64,000 bases of DNA from Malacoraja senta (taxonomy: Eukaryota). The position numbers and the translations under genes are program-made. Positions 1 through 14,340 of this stretch are shown here, piece after piece. Where the stretch lies: assembly GCA_038087875.1 (NCBI GenBank), contig CM075991.1, forward strand, positions 10,852,001 to 10,916,000. The letters run 5' to 3'. Every line of letters starts with the position of its first letter. Position 1 is the first letter of the stretch. The notes beneath the pieces are model-generated. The model saw only the letters and a list, made by a program, of their open reading frames with translations, did no database searches and was not told the origin of the DNA.

Positions 1-199
1 CCCGATTAAAAATTATCATCAATTTAATTCCATCATCCTTGCAATAACTGATCAGATCCACTCACTGCACGAGAAAGACTTCGAATTTCCCTCAGATTGT
101 AAAAGGTTAGGAGCAGGATTGGACCATTAAGCCCTTAAACCTCTTCACCATTCAATACCATTATGGCTGATCTGATCTTGAATGTAACGCATTGCTTAC

Positions 200-250
200 C
201 TCTTGATGTAGTTTCTGGTATCCACATTGTGTGTTGATAACATCTCCTTC
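200..250 (-). CDS. TSPAN15: Tetraspanin-15(-like) exon 6 equivalent, 51 bp
   Basis: ttttctctctttcccactag|GAA GGA GAT...CAA GAG|gtaagc. Translates EGDVINTQCGYQKLHQE, with the TspanC8 VINTxCGY motif. Confidence 0.92.
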
Positions 251-329
251 CTAGTGGGAAAGAGAGAAAAGTGTCACCAGCTAATCATTAACAACCTGAT
301 ACATTCCCTCTGCATTTAAGAAACACTTA

Positions 330-637
330 AGCCCCTGTCCCACTTTCCCGAGTTACTCACGAATTCTCCCGAGTTTGCCCCTTGATTCAAACTCGGAGAA
401 TGTCCGTAGCGAGCCCGTAGGAGTCCGTGGATATTTAGTAGCGGCTCGTAATGCCAGCCGTAGGTACTCGGGGCATCAGGTAAGTCGGGACGTTTTTTCA
501 GCATGTTGAAAAATGTCCACGAGTAATAAATATAGCCCCGATATTTAAAAAATAGCTACAGCTGGCATCTCCGAGTTTGAATCAAGGGGAAAACTCGGGA
601 GAATTCGTGAGTAACTCGGGAAAGTGGGACAGGGGCT
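330..637. mobile_element. PIF/Harbinger-type MITE, complete
   Basis: ~70-bp near-perfect TIRs starting AGCCCCTGTCCCACTTTCCCGAG; TTA on both sides (327-329, 638-640); no ORF. Confidence 0.85.
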
Positions 638-2636
638 TTAGACAATACACAATAGGTGCAGGAGTAGGCCATTTGGCCCTTCGAGCCAGCACCGCCATTC
701 AATGTGATCACGACTGATGATTCCTAATCAGCACCCCGTTCCTGCCTTCTCCCCATATCCCCTGACTCCGCTATTTTTAAGAGTCCTACCTAGCTCTCTC
801 TTGAAAGCATCCAGAGAACCGGCCTCCACCGCGCTCTGAGACAGGTACATGGATAGGACAAGTCCTTCCTACACATTTCGCCTGCAGGAACAAAGTTGTC
901 CTACTTCAGTGAGATCTTTCGCTGTTGCATTTTCAGTGATTGTGTAGGAAGGAACTGCAGATGCTGGGTTAAACCGAAGATAAGACACAAAAAGCTGGGG
1001 TAACTCAGCGGGACAGGCAGCATCTCTGGAGAGAAGGAATGGGTGACGTTTCGGTTTGAAGGGTCTCAACCCGAATCGTCACCCATTCTTTCTCTCCGGG
1101 GATGCTGCCTGTCCCGCTGAGTTAGTCCAGCATGTTGCAATCTGTGGTATTGCCTATGTGAGGCATAGCGGAGGCACAGCGACATAGCAAGTCGTGTCCC
1201 AGTTTAAGTGGATTAGACCAGAGAGTGATGGACTCACTCGTGACACCAGCATCCTATAATCTATTAAAAAAATCAGCCAAACTGCCATTTCAATCTGTTT
1301 TCCTTTCTGTTGGAGAAAGTTAAGCTGATTTGAAATGGTTCACTGAGACTAATGTGCCACTTAATCATGTGCTTATTCCAAGAGGTCAAGTTTTCGACTT
1401 AATGGAATATTTGTGTCAGCAATTTATGCAAATTACAATTCACATTTTAAGTCTGCTTGTCCAACAGCCACTGATAGCTTAGCTGGAGAGGTGAATTTAA
1501 CCCTTCGGCAGTGCACAATGCCATTCCACTGTCGGCAACGATTAGATTTCCTTGCCGGGACACTCCTTGCCCACCATTACTTCGTCAACGTTAAACCCGT
1601 GTGTTTATGAGTTCACAAGTCACCGGTGCAGAATTAGGCCATGCGGCCCATCGAGTTTCCTCCGCCATTCAATCATGCCTGAACTATCTTCCCCTCTCAA
1701 CCCCATTATCCTGCCTTCTCCACATAACTTTTTTTTAAAGTTTAGTTTAATTTAGAAAAACAGTATGAAAACAGGCCTTTCGGCCCACAGAGTGCCCGCT
1801 GACCATTGATCATCTGACACCATGTTATACCACTTTCTCATCCAAACCCTTAACATTTGGGACAATTTTACAGTGGCCAATTAATCTTCAAACTTATCAG
1901 AAAATGTTGGAAATACTGAATAGATCAGGTAGCAGGGTTAACCTTTCATTAGAACGGAGATATTAACTTTATTTCATCCTCTGTGGATACTGCCTGACGT
2001 TGAATATTTCGACCAGGTTAAAACATGGAAACTGGCCCTTTGGCCCACAGCAACCATCCATCTGTGGTTCACACTAGTTCTACGTTATCCAACGTTCTCA
2101 GCCGCCCCCTACACACCAGGGGAAATTTACAGAGGGCCAATTAACCTACCAACCCACATGTCTTTGCGATCTGGGAGGAAATCAGAGCACCCGGAGGAAA
2201 CCCACTCGGGGCACAGGGAGATTGTGCAAACTCCACACAGACAGCGCCAAGGTCCAGATTGAAGCCAGAGGTGCAGTGCTGTGGGACAGCTGCGCCACTT
2301 TGCCACCGTGCGTGACCTGGTTGGAGAAAGCAACTCGATTCATTTTCTTACACTTCCGGCTCAATACTAATCTGTGAAGCATCATGTGCAGATTCTGGAA
2401 TATGTGCCAAGATGCTTTTATTAAATGCCACCTATAAAGCTTTCTGGCAAAATTAATATACACAGAATAAAACAAATATTGGATGCGTGAATACAAACTT
2501 GACGAAGGGATTGTTTCAATTATGAGGAATGCATGTAGTTTAAATAAAGAGCCAAACAGTCAAACAAACTCATTAAAAAAAAAATCTGACTTTTAAACTG
2601 ATTGGGAATAATTTTTCGAGATGTCTAGTGCAGCTA

Positions 2637-4044
2637 TGAAGTCCAAGGTGAGCTGTCTGAACGATTTTAGACCTGTTGCACTAACATCAGTTGCCATGAA
2701 GGCCTTTGAGCACATAGTCCTCACCCATCTGAAAACATACACTGTCCCCATCATGGACCCTTTTCAATTTGCATACAGCGCCAACCGGTCTGTGGAGGAT
2801 GCTATCAACTTAGCTCTTCACTACTCCCTACATCATTTGGAATCACCGAACACTTATGCACGCATCCTGTTTATAGATTTTAGCTCGGCCTTTAATACTA
2901 TACACCCAATTAAACTCTACAATAAACTGTTGGACATGGGCATTCACCTAGCCATGTGCCATTGGATTTTACATTTTCTGACAAACAGACAACAAAGAGT
3001 CAAGGTGGGTGAAAAACTCTCCAGCCCTCCGACTCTCAATACAGGAGCCCCTCAAGGGTGCGTTCTGTCACCTCAGCTCTTCTCACTTTACACCAACAAC
3101 CTCACATCCCAATTTTCAAATATGCAGACGACACAACAATAATTGGCCTCATCTCAGACAACAACGAATCACAATACCATCAAACAGTGGACAGCGCAGT
3201 CAAATGGTGCGCAGACAACAACCTCCAGTTTAACACCTCAAAAACCTTAGAAACTATCATAGATTTCAGGCACAAACAAAACCTCAACCCCCCCGGTCCA
3301 TGTCAACTCCCATCCCATAACCTCCACGAACTTATTTAAGTTTCTGGGCACCTATATCTGCAATAATCTAAAATGGCACATCAATGCTGACCACATGATT
3401 AAGAAAGGACAACAATGCCTATACTTCCTCAGACAGCTCAAAAAGTTCAGAGTCCACAAACACCTCCTGGTACGCTTCTATCAATCCATCATTGAAAGCA
3501 TCATCACTTCCTCAATCACAGTCTGGTACGGAAACACTGACAGTCATTCACTACACAGAATACAGCGCATTGTCTCCATGGCCTCTAGGATCATCAACTC
3601 TCCCCTCCCCTCAATCCATTCCATTTACCTCCAACGTACCTCAAAACGGGCAACAAAGATCATCTCGGACCCCTCCCATCCAGCAAACCACCTTTTCCAG
3701 TCTCTCCCTTCAGGGAGGCGCCTTAGGTCACTTGCTACAAAATCCACCCGTTTTAAAAACAGTTTCTTCCACTCAGCAATAAGAACACTTAATTCCCTCC
3801 AATAACTTTTTGACTTTGATGTATACAGTGTCTTGTCTATGGTTTTTGTCTGTTCTTTTGCACTATGTATTGTTGGTGAGATTTGTGATTTGTGATGTGG
3901 TATGGATGCACTTTATTATTATGATCTGTGTTGTTATTAATGTTAACGTGACTAAAGCAGTGTACCATCATGTACCGAACCCAAATACCACCAACCCTGG
4001 TCGTGTGGCAAATAAAGATTCTATCTATCTATCTATCTATCTAT
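2637..4044 (+). mobile_element. Rex1/Babar-clade LINE, 5'-truncated, frameshifted RT
   Basis: RT motifs LNDFRPVALTS, DPFQFAY, ILFIDFSSAFNTI, GAPQGCVLSP, YADDT and C-terminal DPSHP..LPSGRR..FKNSFF spread over three ORFs; 3' AATAAA followed by a (CTAT)n tail. Confidence 0.9.
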
Positions 4045-4539
4045 TAACTCTGTATTAACATGGCTTAAGGTTCAGAAGGAGATTTACGTCATAAAACAAG
4101 GTTAACTGCAAAGAATATGTGGAAGTAGGGCTGAGTATAAAATCCACAGATTGTCAGGGTCAGTGCATTAATGAACATTGTAGAATCAGGTATGAAACTG
4201 GAAGGCAATCAGGGTCAGAATTGGTACTTGTAATCCATGAATCGCTTGCGCTTAAAGCATGACTCAAACAAGCATATTAGGGACAGAACAAGTATATTAG
4301 GGAATAGCGAAGAGAGGAAAGTTTGATCCATCTACAGGACAGTTTCACTGAAGCTGGAGCCTGGAACAGAATGTGAAACAATTAGTGTAAGGGCTGCCTT
4401 CAAGAAACAGCTCAGTCCATTAGAGAAACTCTGATGATAAAGAATAGGTCAGCCTGGAAAATATGAATTAAACATGCAATGTATTATTGAAATTACATGA
4501 AGTGAGTTAGCTCGGAGACATTTCGTGATCATCTCAGAT

Positions 4540-4615
4540 CAAAGAGAAAGGAGGTATAAAAGAAGAGAGAGGGGGGGAGAGAGAGAGAGAGAGAGAGATG
4601 GAGAGAGAGAGAGAG

Positions 4616-4713
<98 letters not shown>

Positions 4714-5075
4714 GAGAGAGAGAGATTGAGAAAGATTCAGAGGGCAAATGAGAGAAAAACGTGAGTGAGTCAAATTGTGAGAGATAAAGATGGAGAGAGT
4801 GAGAGAGGAAAGGAGAGAGGAGGAGAGACAAAGATAAAAAAGAGAGAGAATGGAGGAGAGAGAAGGGAGAGAAAAAGAGAGACAGAGAAAAGGAGGCAAA
4901 TAGATAAAAGTGAGGGACAAAGTGAGAGAGGAAGAGGGAGATAGAGGGAGAGAGAGAGAGAGGAAGAGAGAGAGAGAGAGAGAGAGAGAGGTAGAGAGAT
5001 AGAGATAGAAAGAAAGAGAGAGATAGAGAGAGAAAGAGAGAAATGGGCAAAAACAAGAGGGAGATAGAGAGATGG
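4540..5075. repeat. (GA)n microsatellite and purine-rich low-complexity tract
   Basis: Near-perfect (AG)n core at ~4575-4725 flanked by degenerate GA-rich sequence; explains the ER/SL ORFs. Confidence 0.97.
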
Positions 5076-6640
5076 GGACAATAACATCAATGTTGGCTGA
5101 TTTAATTCCGTGGGTCTATACGGTACACATTGGAATCTGCATTCAGCTTGAATAATCTGTACACAGTGGACACCATTGTAATCATGTATTGTCTTTTCAC
5201 TGAGTGGCTAGCATGCTACTGAATAGGAGCAAGCTCTACACTGTACCACGGTACGTGACAATAATAAACTAAGCTAAATTGTAAAAAAATCGGAGCTGGT
5301 CACATATGCGGCGAGCAGTCGGCATTAGACGAACCCTCTTTTGATTTTATGCAGCAATTGAGCTGAGATCAAATCAGTCTGGCAGTCACTCGGATGCTTC
5401 AAGTGCAATCACGCCATTCATATTTCATAGCCAGAGTAGCATCTTGCAACGAATGATAGTAATCTGGTTCCTATTGGAAAGTACAATGCTCGGACTCATT
5501 TCAAGGTTCTGTTTTCAGCACTCATTCATTCTAAGGGCACTCAGCTAAATCAAATGCCGAGACGCGAATGGAATTCTTAGAAACATATTTCAATAAAGCC
5601 ATTTTTGAAAAGTACTATTATCTCGAACATTATAGAAAAGTCCATGAAAACGTCTAATTGGTATAATTGCACACTGCCGGTAATGAGGTGGCCGATTTGT
5701 TCATGCCATCTCATTTGAAGGCAGCACTGAATAATACCACCAGCTTGTTTAATCAGTGCACTATTAGCTCTGGTAACCATTCTCTTCAGCATCACCACCC
5801 TTCATACTATCTCCTTCACCAGCGTAGGTGAGGGAATCATTGCCAGAGGACCCTGTCCTTCTCCAGATGCTTTGGGCCCACTGTGTTCCATTACTTGGAG
5901 CGACTAGCATCATACGTTCATAAATGATAGGAGCATAAATGATGGCCATTCGGCCCATCAATTCTACTCCGTTATTCAATCGTGGCTGGTCTTTCTTTCC
6001 CTCCCAACCCCATTCTCCTGCCTTCTCTCCATAACCCCTGACACCCGTACTAATCAAGAATCTATCTCAGCCTTAGAAATATCCATTGACTTGGCCTCCT
6101 TATGATTGCACCTCATGGTCTAAGACATAGAATGGTCACCAACAATGGACAGCCATGATCTGCTGCAGATACTCCATCAGCCTCCACCAAGGAGAAACAG
6201 CATCTCCCTCGTCCACCCCTCATGGATGCTTGTGTCTCAATGAGACCATCACACCAGCTAGTAGCGTGCAAACAACCTCACTCACACCCCATGGACCATC
6301 CTCTCGTCCCAAAGATCAGTTGGCTAAATCTATGCTGCACTGTCCAAGGTCAGCATAATCTTCCTCAGTTTGGGAGACGAAAACCATAGCCCTCACCGCA
6401 TGATCGCCCATCAAAACTCGGTACAGAAACATGAGATTGAGAGAATCAGCTGAATGGTGGAGCAGGCTCAAAGGGCAAAATGGTCTGCTCCTGATCCTAC
6501 TTGATGTTTCGATGTTTATCGTCGTCAGCTAGACTATCTTCGTCTTGTACTCCGCACCCTTGCTGTGAAACCCAATGTACTATTTGCCTTCCCAACAGCC
6601 TGTCCATTCCTCAAGGTTTGTGAAACAACAACCGGCAGAC

Positions 6641-6739
6641 TTCTTCAGTCTGAGGAAGGGTCTCGACCTGAAACGTCACCCATTCCTTCTCTCCAGAGAT
6701 GCTGCCTGGCCCGCTGAGTGACTCCAGCATTTTGTGTCT
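6641..6739 (+). mobile_element. Short Penelope-derived insert with hammerhead-like core
   Basis: CTGAGGA-AGGGTCTCGACCT-GAAACGTC at 6650-6677; flanked by ACAACCG(G/A)CAGAC direct repeats (6628-6640, 6740-6752). Confidence 0.7.
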
Positions 6740-8635
6740 ACAACCGACAGACAATCTACACTGACATAACCATGCAAGATATGGTTATGCAGAAAGGAGT
6801 GCAGAGCACAGAAATAGGCTCTTCAGCCCAACTTGCTCGTGACGACCAAGATGTCCCATTTCTCGAGTCTCACCTGCCCGGGTTTGGCCCATAATTCCTC
6901 TAAATCCTTTCTGTCCATGCACCTGTCCTAATGTATTTTAAATGTTTGTACAGTTATTACAAATAATGAATATACTTCCAGAGAAATGTTGATCCATGCA
7001 TTTAGCACAGAATAAATCACTATCATCTGTGAAATATCGAGAGGGAGCAGGATTTCATGAAGCACACTCATCTTAATATTGAACAGTGACAAGCAAACCA
7101 AGTGGCAAATTGGAAATTGCATGTTGACTTTTTATTAAATCCTACTCTATGTTTCTGTTTTGCTCAGTTGTCCTTTCCAAGTTCTGCATAGAACACTATT
7201 CCTAGGCAGAAGAGTTGTGCCAAAGCCCATTCTATAGCGAAAAGGAATAGGTGACATCCCATGTCAAGATCCTTCTTCAGATTCAACCCGAACGATCACC
7301 TATTCTTTTTCTCCAGAGATGCTGCCTGACCCGCTGAATTACTCCAGCATTTTGTGTATAAATCCTCGGTATCAACCTGCATCTGCAGTTCCTTCCTACA
7401 CCTCAATAGTTGCCTCTCCACATCTTCAGAAAGTAGATATGTGTAGGAAAGAACTGCAGATGGAGGTTTAAATCAAAGGTAGTTACTCCACCAAATGCTG
7501 GAGTAACTCAGCGGGTCAGGCAGCATCTCTGGAGAGAAGGATCCGGTAGATTATCTCTGATCTGTCTCGGTGTTTCGAGGAATCTAGGTGTGGGTCCACT
7601 TTGGCATTTTGCCTCACATTACAATTCAAAGGTATTTAATTGGGACTTTGATATGTTGCAGGTGCCCATGGCACTATTTAAAACAGAATTAATCTTGTCC
7701 TTTGTAGCAGTTTTATATCAAAGGTTGAGATGAATAACAGGCCCCTCTCCCTCTGCTCATTATATCTGTCCGTTTTAGAAACATAGAAAATAGGTGCAGG
7801 AGTAGGCCATTTGGCCCTTCGAGCCTGCACCGCCATTCAATATGATCATGGCTGATCATCCAACTCATTTTGAACAAGGTGAAGCCATTTAGACTTTAAT
7901 GATACAGTGGAGAAACAAGCCCTTCGGCCCACCCGAGTTCGCACCATACACCATACACCAGCGGTCACCCCCATACACTAACACTATCTTACGCACTAGG
8001 GTCGATTTTACCGAAGCCAATTAACCTTCAAACCTGTACGTCTTTGAAGTGTGGGAGGAAACCGGAGCACCCGGAGAAAACCCACGCGGTCACAGGGAGA
8101 ACGTACAAACTGCATACAGACTGGATCGAACCCGGCTCTCTGACATTGTAAGGAGGCTACTCTACCGTCCCATGTACACATGATGAGAGAAAAACATAAA
8201 GTGCTGGAGTAACTCAGCATGTCAGGCAGCATCTGCGATGGGAATGGATTGGCGACGTTTCCAGTTGGGTATCTTCTTCAGACCCGAAACGTTGCCTGTC
8301 CATTCCTTCCACAGGTGCTGCCTGACCTGCTGAGTTACTCCAGCGCTTTGTGCTTTTCTCAAGATGCCAGCGTCTGCGGTTCCTTGTGTCTCCATTTCAC
8401 TGATCATAAAGAGGGGCTTGTCCCATAAGATACTGGGACATTTGTCACCTTTATTCATCTATCTATTTATTTATTTATTTATTTAAAAAAAAATTAAAAA
8501 TTATTCGAGGTATCTGCATATCATAGTCCAACCCAATACAAACTTTGTGTAACGATTACATATTCAGTATCCAGGGTTCCATGTACCCAGTTCCCAAAGT
8601 AGCTGGGGTCCTCCTTTATTGGTTACATATTAACA

Positions 8636-9547
8636 TTGCCTCTAATTATTTCGATTAATGTAAGACACACTTTAATACAATTTAAAATTTTACATAGATT
8701 ATATTATTCGAAAACTAAAATTCATAAAATTTTCCCAAATGTATCATCTATTTGTGATAAATGTCAATCCCAAGAAGCTACTATAGCGCACTCATTCGTT
8801 TTCTGTACAAAAATTAAAAAATTTTGGAATGATATTTTTGAAATCTTTACAAAGTTATTTAAAATAAGACTGATACCCAAAGCAGAATGGATTATCTTCG
8901 GAATAACGGAAGATGGCCCAGAACTAAATGTGTTTCAAAAGAAACTAATGGACTATGGGTTAATAACTGGAAAAAAGCTAATTCTAAAATTTTGGAAGAA
9001 GGCTCCAATACCAACTATAAATATGTGGACTTCAAATATGTTCGAAACATTACACCTAGAAGAGATAAGACTCCTCCTAGCAGGTAAACCAGATCACTTC
9101 CACCTGACGTGGTCTGCATTTATAGAATTATTACAAATATAGGGTGCAAAAGTACTTTAAAAAAAAAATTGAGGTCAGGTAAGGGGGGATGCTAGTTGAA
9201 GAGTTGCGTAATGCTCATAAAAATATTTGTTTCTCTCTTTTTCCTCTTTCTCTTTCTCTTTCTTTTCTAGGGTCTATTTCTTAACTATTTTTCTTTTGTT
9301 TTTTAATTTTGCTCTTATAGGGTCTTCGTCCTTTTTTGTTGTCACATTTTCTACACTTTCACTTTTTCCTTCACTTTCTTCTTTCTTTCAATCTTTTCTT
9401 TTTCTAGTGTAAAAAATAAATGGAGTACATTAATTGTAAGAAGACATAAGTGACGAGTACTAATGTATGTGGTTGTAATGTAATGTACTTCCAATAAATA
9501 AAAATAAAAAAAAAAATTTAAAAAAAAAAAAAAAATTAAAAAAAAAT
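8636..9547 (+). mobile_element. L1-clade LINE 3' fragment (ORF2 C-terminal CCHC region, 3'UTR, poly-A)
   Basis: ORF 8636-9142 has IQFKILHRLY..CDKC..HSFVFC..FW; T-rich UTR; AATAAA and a long A tail at ~9493-9547. Confidence 0.85.
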
Positions 9548-9549
9548 AT

Positions 9550-9930
9550 TTATAGATAAGAAAAATAAAGAAATAAAGAAAAGAAATTAGAAAAATAAGA
9601 TAAACTGTCAATAATACAACTTAGATAGGTCCGTAGGTCAGAAAACGTAACTATTCATCTAGTCCTGGGTTCGGGTTTCAGTCAGGCCTCCGTGCCGGCC
9701 CAGTCTACCCCTTCAGATAATCTATAAATGGAGACCATATGTCACCTTTAGTTACAAATTTGGACCGAAATAGGAGGTGAAAACGTAAAGAATAAAGAAA
9801 GGGCAGATTATGCAATAGTGTTATCAACATATGATTTATCTTCTTGCCACACGAAAAACAATCATACTCATCTCTGTATGAACTGAAAATTGGTTGTCCA
9901 GAGGTAGTCCTTAATCTTTCCAGCACATTA
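9550..9930 (-). mobile_element. Second L1/Tx1-like 3' fragment, opposite strand
   Basis: ORF ends ...DIWSPFIDYLKG* (WxPF C-terminus typical of fish L1-like ORF2). Its UTR may continue at 8460-8635, ending in (TAAA)n. Confidence 0.45.
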
Positions 9931-10254
9931 ACTCAGATGATAAGCTGCCCATTATTCAGGCTGCATACATTTTTATGCTACCTCCTGTAACACCTAGTCT
10001 GGTTTAATGAGACAGTTCAGCCCTCATATTTCTTTTAAATGATTTCCTCAATTGGAAGAGCACATCAATTTTTTCAGTTGAAAACAAACTGGGGGAGGAA
10101 CCCAGAGGGTCAGGCAACATCTGCGGAAGGATGAGGGCAGAGGTGTTTCGGGTCACTTCTTCACTCTGAGGAAGGTTCCTGATATGAAACATCATGTGCG
10201 CAGGAAGGAACTGCAGATGCTGGTTTATACCGAAGATAGACACAAAATGTAACT

Positions 10255-10710
10255 CAGGAATGAGTGGGTTAACACAAGATGAGCGTTTGACTGGCACTGG
10301 GCTTGTACCCGCTGGAGTTTAGAAGGATGAGGTGGGGACCTCATTGAAACTTACCGAATAGTGAAAGGCCTGGATGTGGAGAGGATGTTTCCACTAGTGG
10401 GAGAGTCCAGGCCCAGAGGCCATAGCCTCACAATTAAAGGACATTCCTTTAGGAAGGAGATGAGGAGGAACTTCTTTAGTCAGAAGGTGGCGAATCTGTG
10501 GAATTCATTGTCACAGAAAGCTGTGGAGGTCATCAATGGATATTTTTAAGGCAGAGATAGATAGATTCTTGATTAGTAAGGGTGTTAGGGTTATGGGAAG
10601 AAGGCAGGAGAATGGGATTAGGAGGGTGAGATAGATCAGCCATGATTGAATGGCGGAATAGACTTGATGGGCCGAATGGCTTTATTCTACTTCTATCAGT
10701 TATGAACTTA
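10255..10710 (+). mobile_element. CR1 LINE 3' fragment
   Basis: MFPLVGESRPRGHSL..FFSQKVANLWNSL, then the CR1 3'UTR (gggccgaatggc). Confidence 0.85.
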
Positions 10711-12288
10711 TCAACTCATTCCTGGATGCAAAAGTGGGAAAGTATAGGATTAGTGCAAACAGGTGATCAATGATCGCCATGGACTATGTGGGCCGAAGGG
10801 CTTGTCCCCATGCTGTTCTCTAACCTAAAACTATCCCAATGTGTGGCCTGTCCAGAGCAGCACATGGCTATTAGCTTACATCAGCAGTACAAATGAAATT
10901 GCCAAAAAAAAAATCTTCTACTGATTTGCTCTCTGATTGAAAATGGTGTGAAGAACTCGCTTTCTTCTTTTGCAGTGTACCTGTGGAAAATTTGTACAGG
11001 GAACTCATCCATCATTTGGGCCATATCATGATTGAACTACACAGATCATTAGAGCCTCGGGCACACTCTCAAAAGTCATTCCTTCCCAAGTGACATTGAC
11101 TGGTTTAGTTGGGTCATAACTAATAAACATCTTGGTGCAAATCTGAAACAAATGAGAAGCAAACTATCTATTGCTTCACTGAAGTAGAACAGTAAAGGAA
11201 ACATGTAGGAAGGAACTGCGGATGCTAGAAGATAGACACAAAAAGCTGGAGCAACTTAGCGGATCAGACAGCGTATCTTGAGAAAAGGAATAGGTGACGT
11301 TCTGGGTCGAGACACTTCTTCAGACTTCTACAAGCCCAGCCGCTCCATTTTCTCAACATATGACAGTCCTGCCATCCCGGGAATTAACCTGGTAAACCTA
11401 CGCTGCACTCCAGCAATAGCAATAATGTCCTTCCTCAAATTAGGGGACCAAAAACTGCACACAATACTCCAGGCGTGGTCTCACTAGGGCCCTGTACAAC
11501 TGCAGAAGGACCTCTTTGCTCCTATACTCAACTCCTCTTGTTATGAATTTGCTTTCTTCACTGCCTGCTGTACCTGCATGCTTACAGATGCAGTAAATAT
11601 TTGAAGATAGACTGACTGAAGATAGGAAAATGTTGGAGTAACTCAGCGGGACTGGCAGCATCTCTGGAGAGAAGGAATGGGTGATGTTGGGAGAACTGGG
11701 GTTGGGGACTGGACATTGTGCCTTCCCCCACAGTGGTAATTCATTGTGGGGGGATGATTTTTTGTGTGTTGTGTCTTTGTTAGTCTGTGTTCAAGATGGC
11801 AGTCGGAGGGGAGAGTGGATGCTGGCGCGGTTTAGCTGCCACTGCTCTCTCCTCAAATTGTGTTTCTGACTTTCTTTTTTGTCCCTTTGAAATGAATTCT
11901 GTCCTTAATTTGTGTATTGTGATGTTGTTGATGTCCCTATTATTTTTTTATTTTTTTATTCTGCTTGTATGTTTTGTAATTCTGCTTATCTGCAAGGCGT
12001 CCTTGAGAGTCTTTGAAAGGCGCCCTATAAGTGTAATGATAAATAAAATTAAAATAAAAAATGTTTCGGGTCGACAACCTCCCCTCTACTTTCAGTCTGA
12101 AGAAGGGTCCCGACCCGAAACGTAATCTGCAGTTCCTTTCCACACGCAGTAACCAATCCTATTGCCACTAGTGACAGGTCAAAGACAAGGCTCCAGGATC
12201 TCTGCATGAAAACTAGGCACCTGAACGGAGAAATCAGAAGTTTCCCCCACAAGGGATTTTGTGTTGAAATGTGGTCTACTCTGACTTA

Positions 12289-12349
12289 ATAATAATAATA
12301 ATAATAGATTTTATTTATATAGCGCTTTTCAGGACTCAAAGTCGCTTTG
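12289..12349 (-). mobile_element. L2 3' tail fragment
   Basis: Reverse complement of the aaagcgactttgagtcctgaaaagcgctatataaataaaatct(att)n tail of the L2 copy at 43735-43797. Confidence 0.8.
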
Positions 12350-12574
12350 AACTTAGACATCATGTCAAAGCCACCATTTCTCTCAAAATTCATTGGATAA
12401 TTAATTAAAAGAGTTCAAAAAGAGGCAATGAAAGCCTGCCACAGCGCCAGAGGTCCGGGTTCAAACCTGACCTCGGGTCCTGTCTGATGATAATGATGAT
12501 ACTGTATTGTCACTTGTACCTAGCTAGGGAAAGTCTTTGTTTTTGCCAACGAAGAACGCAAAGTACACAAAGGC

Positions 12575-13150
12575 ACCCGTACTAATCAAGAATCTATCTC
12601 TGCCTTAAAAATATCCACTGACTTGGCCTCCACAGCCTTCTGTTGTGTATGCCACTACTGCTCTCTGAGCCTGTACGCTAAATCTTTACGCTCTCATTTT
12701 AAACCTTTGTCCTCTGCTTGTAGATTCCCTCACCCTGGGTAAAAGAATCTTGCGCATTTACCCTATCTATTCCCCTCATGATTTTAAACACCTCGATAAG
12801 ATCACCCCTCAGCCTCCTGCACTTCAAGAAATAAAGACCTAGCCTGTGTAACTTCCCCTTATAGCTCAGGCCCTCTAGTCCTGGCAACATCCTTGCAAAT
12901 CTTCTCTGCACTCTCTCCAACTTAAGGACGTTCTTTCTATAGCAGGGTGACTAAAACTGAACACAATACTCCAAATGCGTAGGAAGGAACTGCAGATGCT
13001 GCTTAAACCGAAGACTAAAAAAGCTGGAGTGACTCTGCGGATCGGACAGCATTTCTGGAGGAGAGGAATCGGTGTACTCCAAATGCAGCCTCACCAACAT
13101 CTTGTACAACTGTGACATAACACTGCAACTTCTACACTCAATACAGTGAC
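12575..13150 (-). mobile_element. CR1 LINE fragment interrupted by a Penelope-derived insert
   Basis: LEYCVQF / ERVQRRFARMLPGL / RRLRGDLIEVFKI. The insert at ~12980-13075 is flanked by TACTCCAAATGC repeats. Confidence 0.8.
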
Positions 13151-14208
13151 TGCACAAATATATCAAAAACTTTCGCGAATTTCTATCATTTCAGCTCTTT
13201 TTATATCTGAAACCTTTGGAACCCTTTTCCCCCCTTCCTCCCCTGTTCTTTGCCGTTCATGGTAAATCGGCCAGCATCATTTCCAGCTAGGTTTTAGCAT
13301 GCAGGCTCGGAGAGCAGTAGTGGCACACACAACAGAATCAGGTCCTCCTCTGCTGCATGTCCAAGCGACCACTGAGCATCCATCTGTGTGATGAATCACA
13401 CAGGGTGGTGAGTCTGTGGGATACTTTGCCACAGATGGCTGTGGAGACCAAGTGAGTGAGCCAATGTCAAAGTCAAAGACAAATTGATTCGTCAAATGCA
13501 CCAATGAAGGTGCAGTGAAATGAATTTGCCAGCAGCGATACACTTAAAAAAAGAACACCCAATACATAATAGAATTTAACACAAGCATCCACCCCGGCAT
13601 TCTTCACTGTGGTGGAAGGCAACAAGGTTGAGTCAGTCCTCCTCCTTTGTTCATCCGTGGTCGGGGCCATAAAGCCTCCGTAGTCGCCGCTACGGCCGGC
13701 CGGATGTACATTCGTTATTGGATGCGGGCGTGTTGGGACAGCATGGACGAGTTGGGCCGAAGGGCCTGTTTCCATGCTGCACGCCTCCGCGACTCTGACG
13801 GAGGCAAGGAAGAATGGGGAGAAAGAAAGAGAAAGAAGCACAGAACGAGAACCAGAAAGCCAACAGGGACAAGGTGCATTAGCAGAAGGTAAAAGGATGT
13901 CCAAGAAAAAAAAGAGTGCAGTTTCAAATCAAGAGAGGTCGCAAGTAATTAAACCGCGCATGATAAATGAGAAACAAAAATGGGTCTTTAACATTTATGA
14001 GATGCAGAATAGACAGCCTGATTGCTTTTTGCAGAATTATGTTCAAATCTAGGTGGACCAAATGAAATCTCATGTCATGGTGTTTTGTGCCAAGTTGTGT
14101 CAGTGATGTGATGTGCGTGGTACATGCATCGTAAGTGAACGGCATTAAAATTCATTTGAAGGCTGCTTCTTCATTCTTGTTGGCAAATTAAGATATGAAT
14201 AAATTAGG

Positions 14209-14340
14209 TGCTGGAAGGAGCTGCATTTGCTGGCTTAAGTCAAAGACAGACACAAAACGCTGGAGTAACTCAGCGGGACAGGCAGCGTCTCCGGAGATGC
14301 TGCCTGTCCCGCCGAGTTTCTCCAGCATTTTGTGTCTATC
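14209..14340. mobile_element. Palindromic Penelope-derived insert
   Basis: Inverted arms gctggagtaactcagcgggacaggcagc; 15-bp TSD TATGAATAAATTAGG (14194-14208, 14341-14355). Confidence 0.8.

Noticed and set aside
2621..3805. Reverse-transcriptase ORFs as a functional or domesticated gene
   Set aside because: 5'-truncated, frameshifted Rex1/Babar copy with a near-identical sibling at 24440-25272.
4525..5090. ER-rich and SL-rich ORFs up to 175 aa
   Set aside because: Translations of the (GA)n microsatellite.
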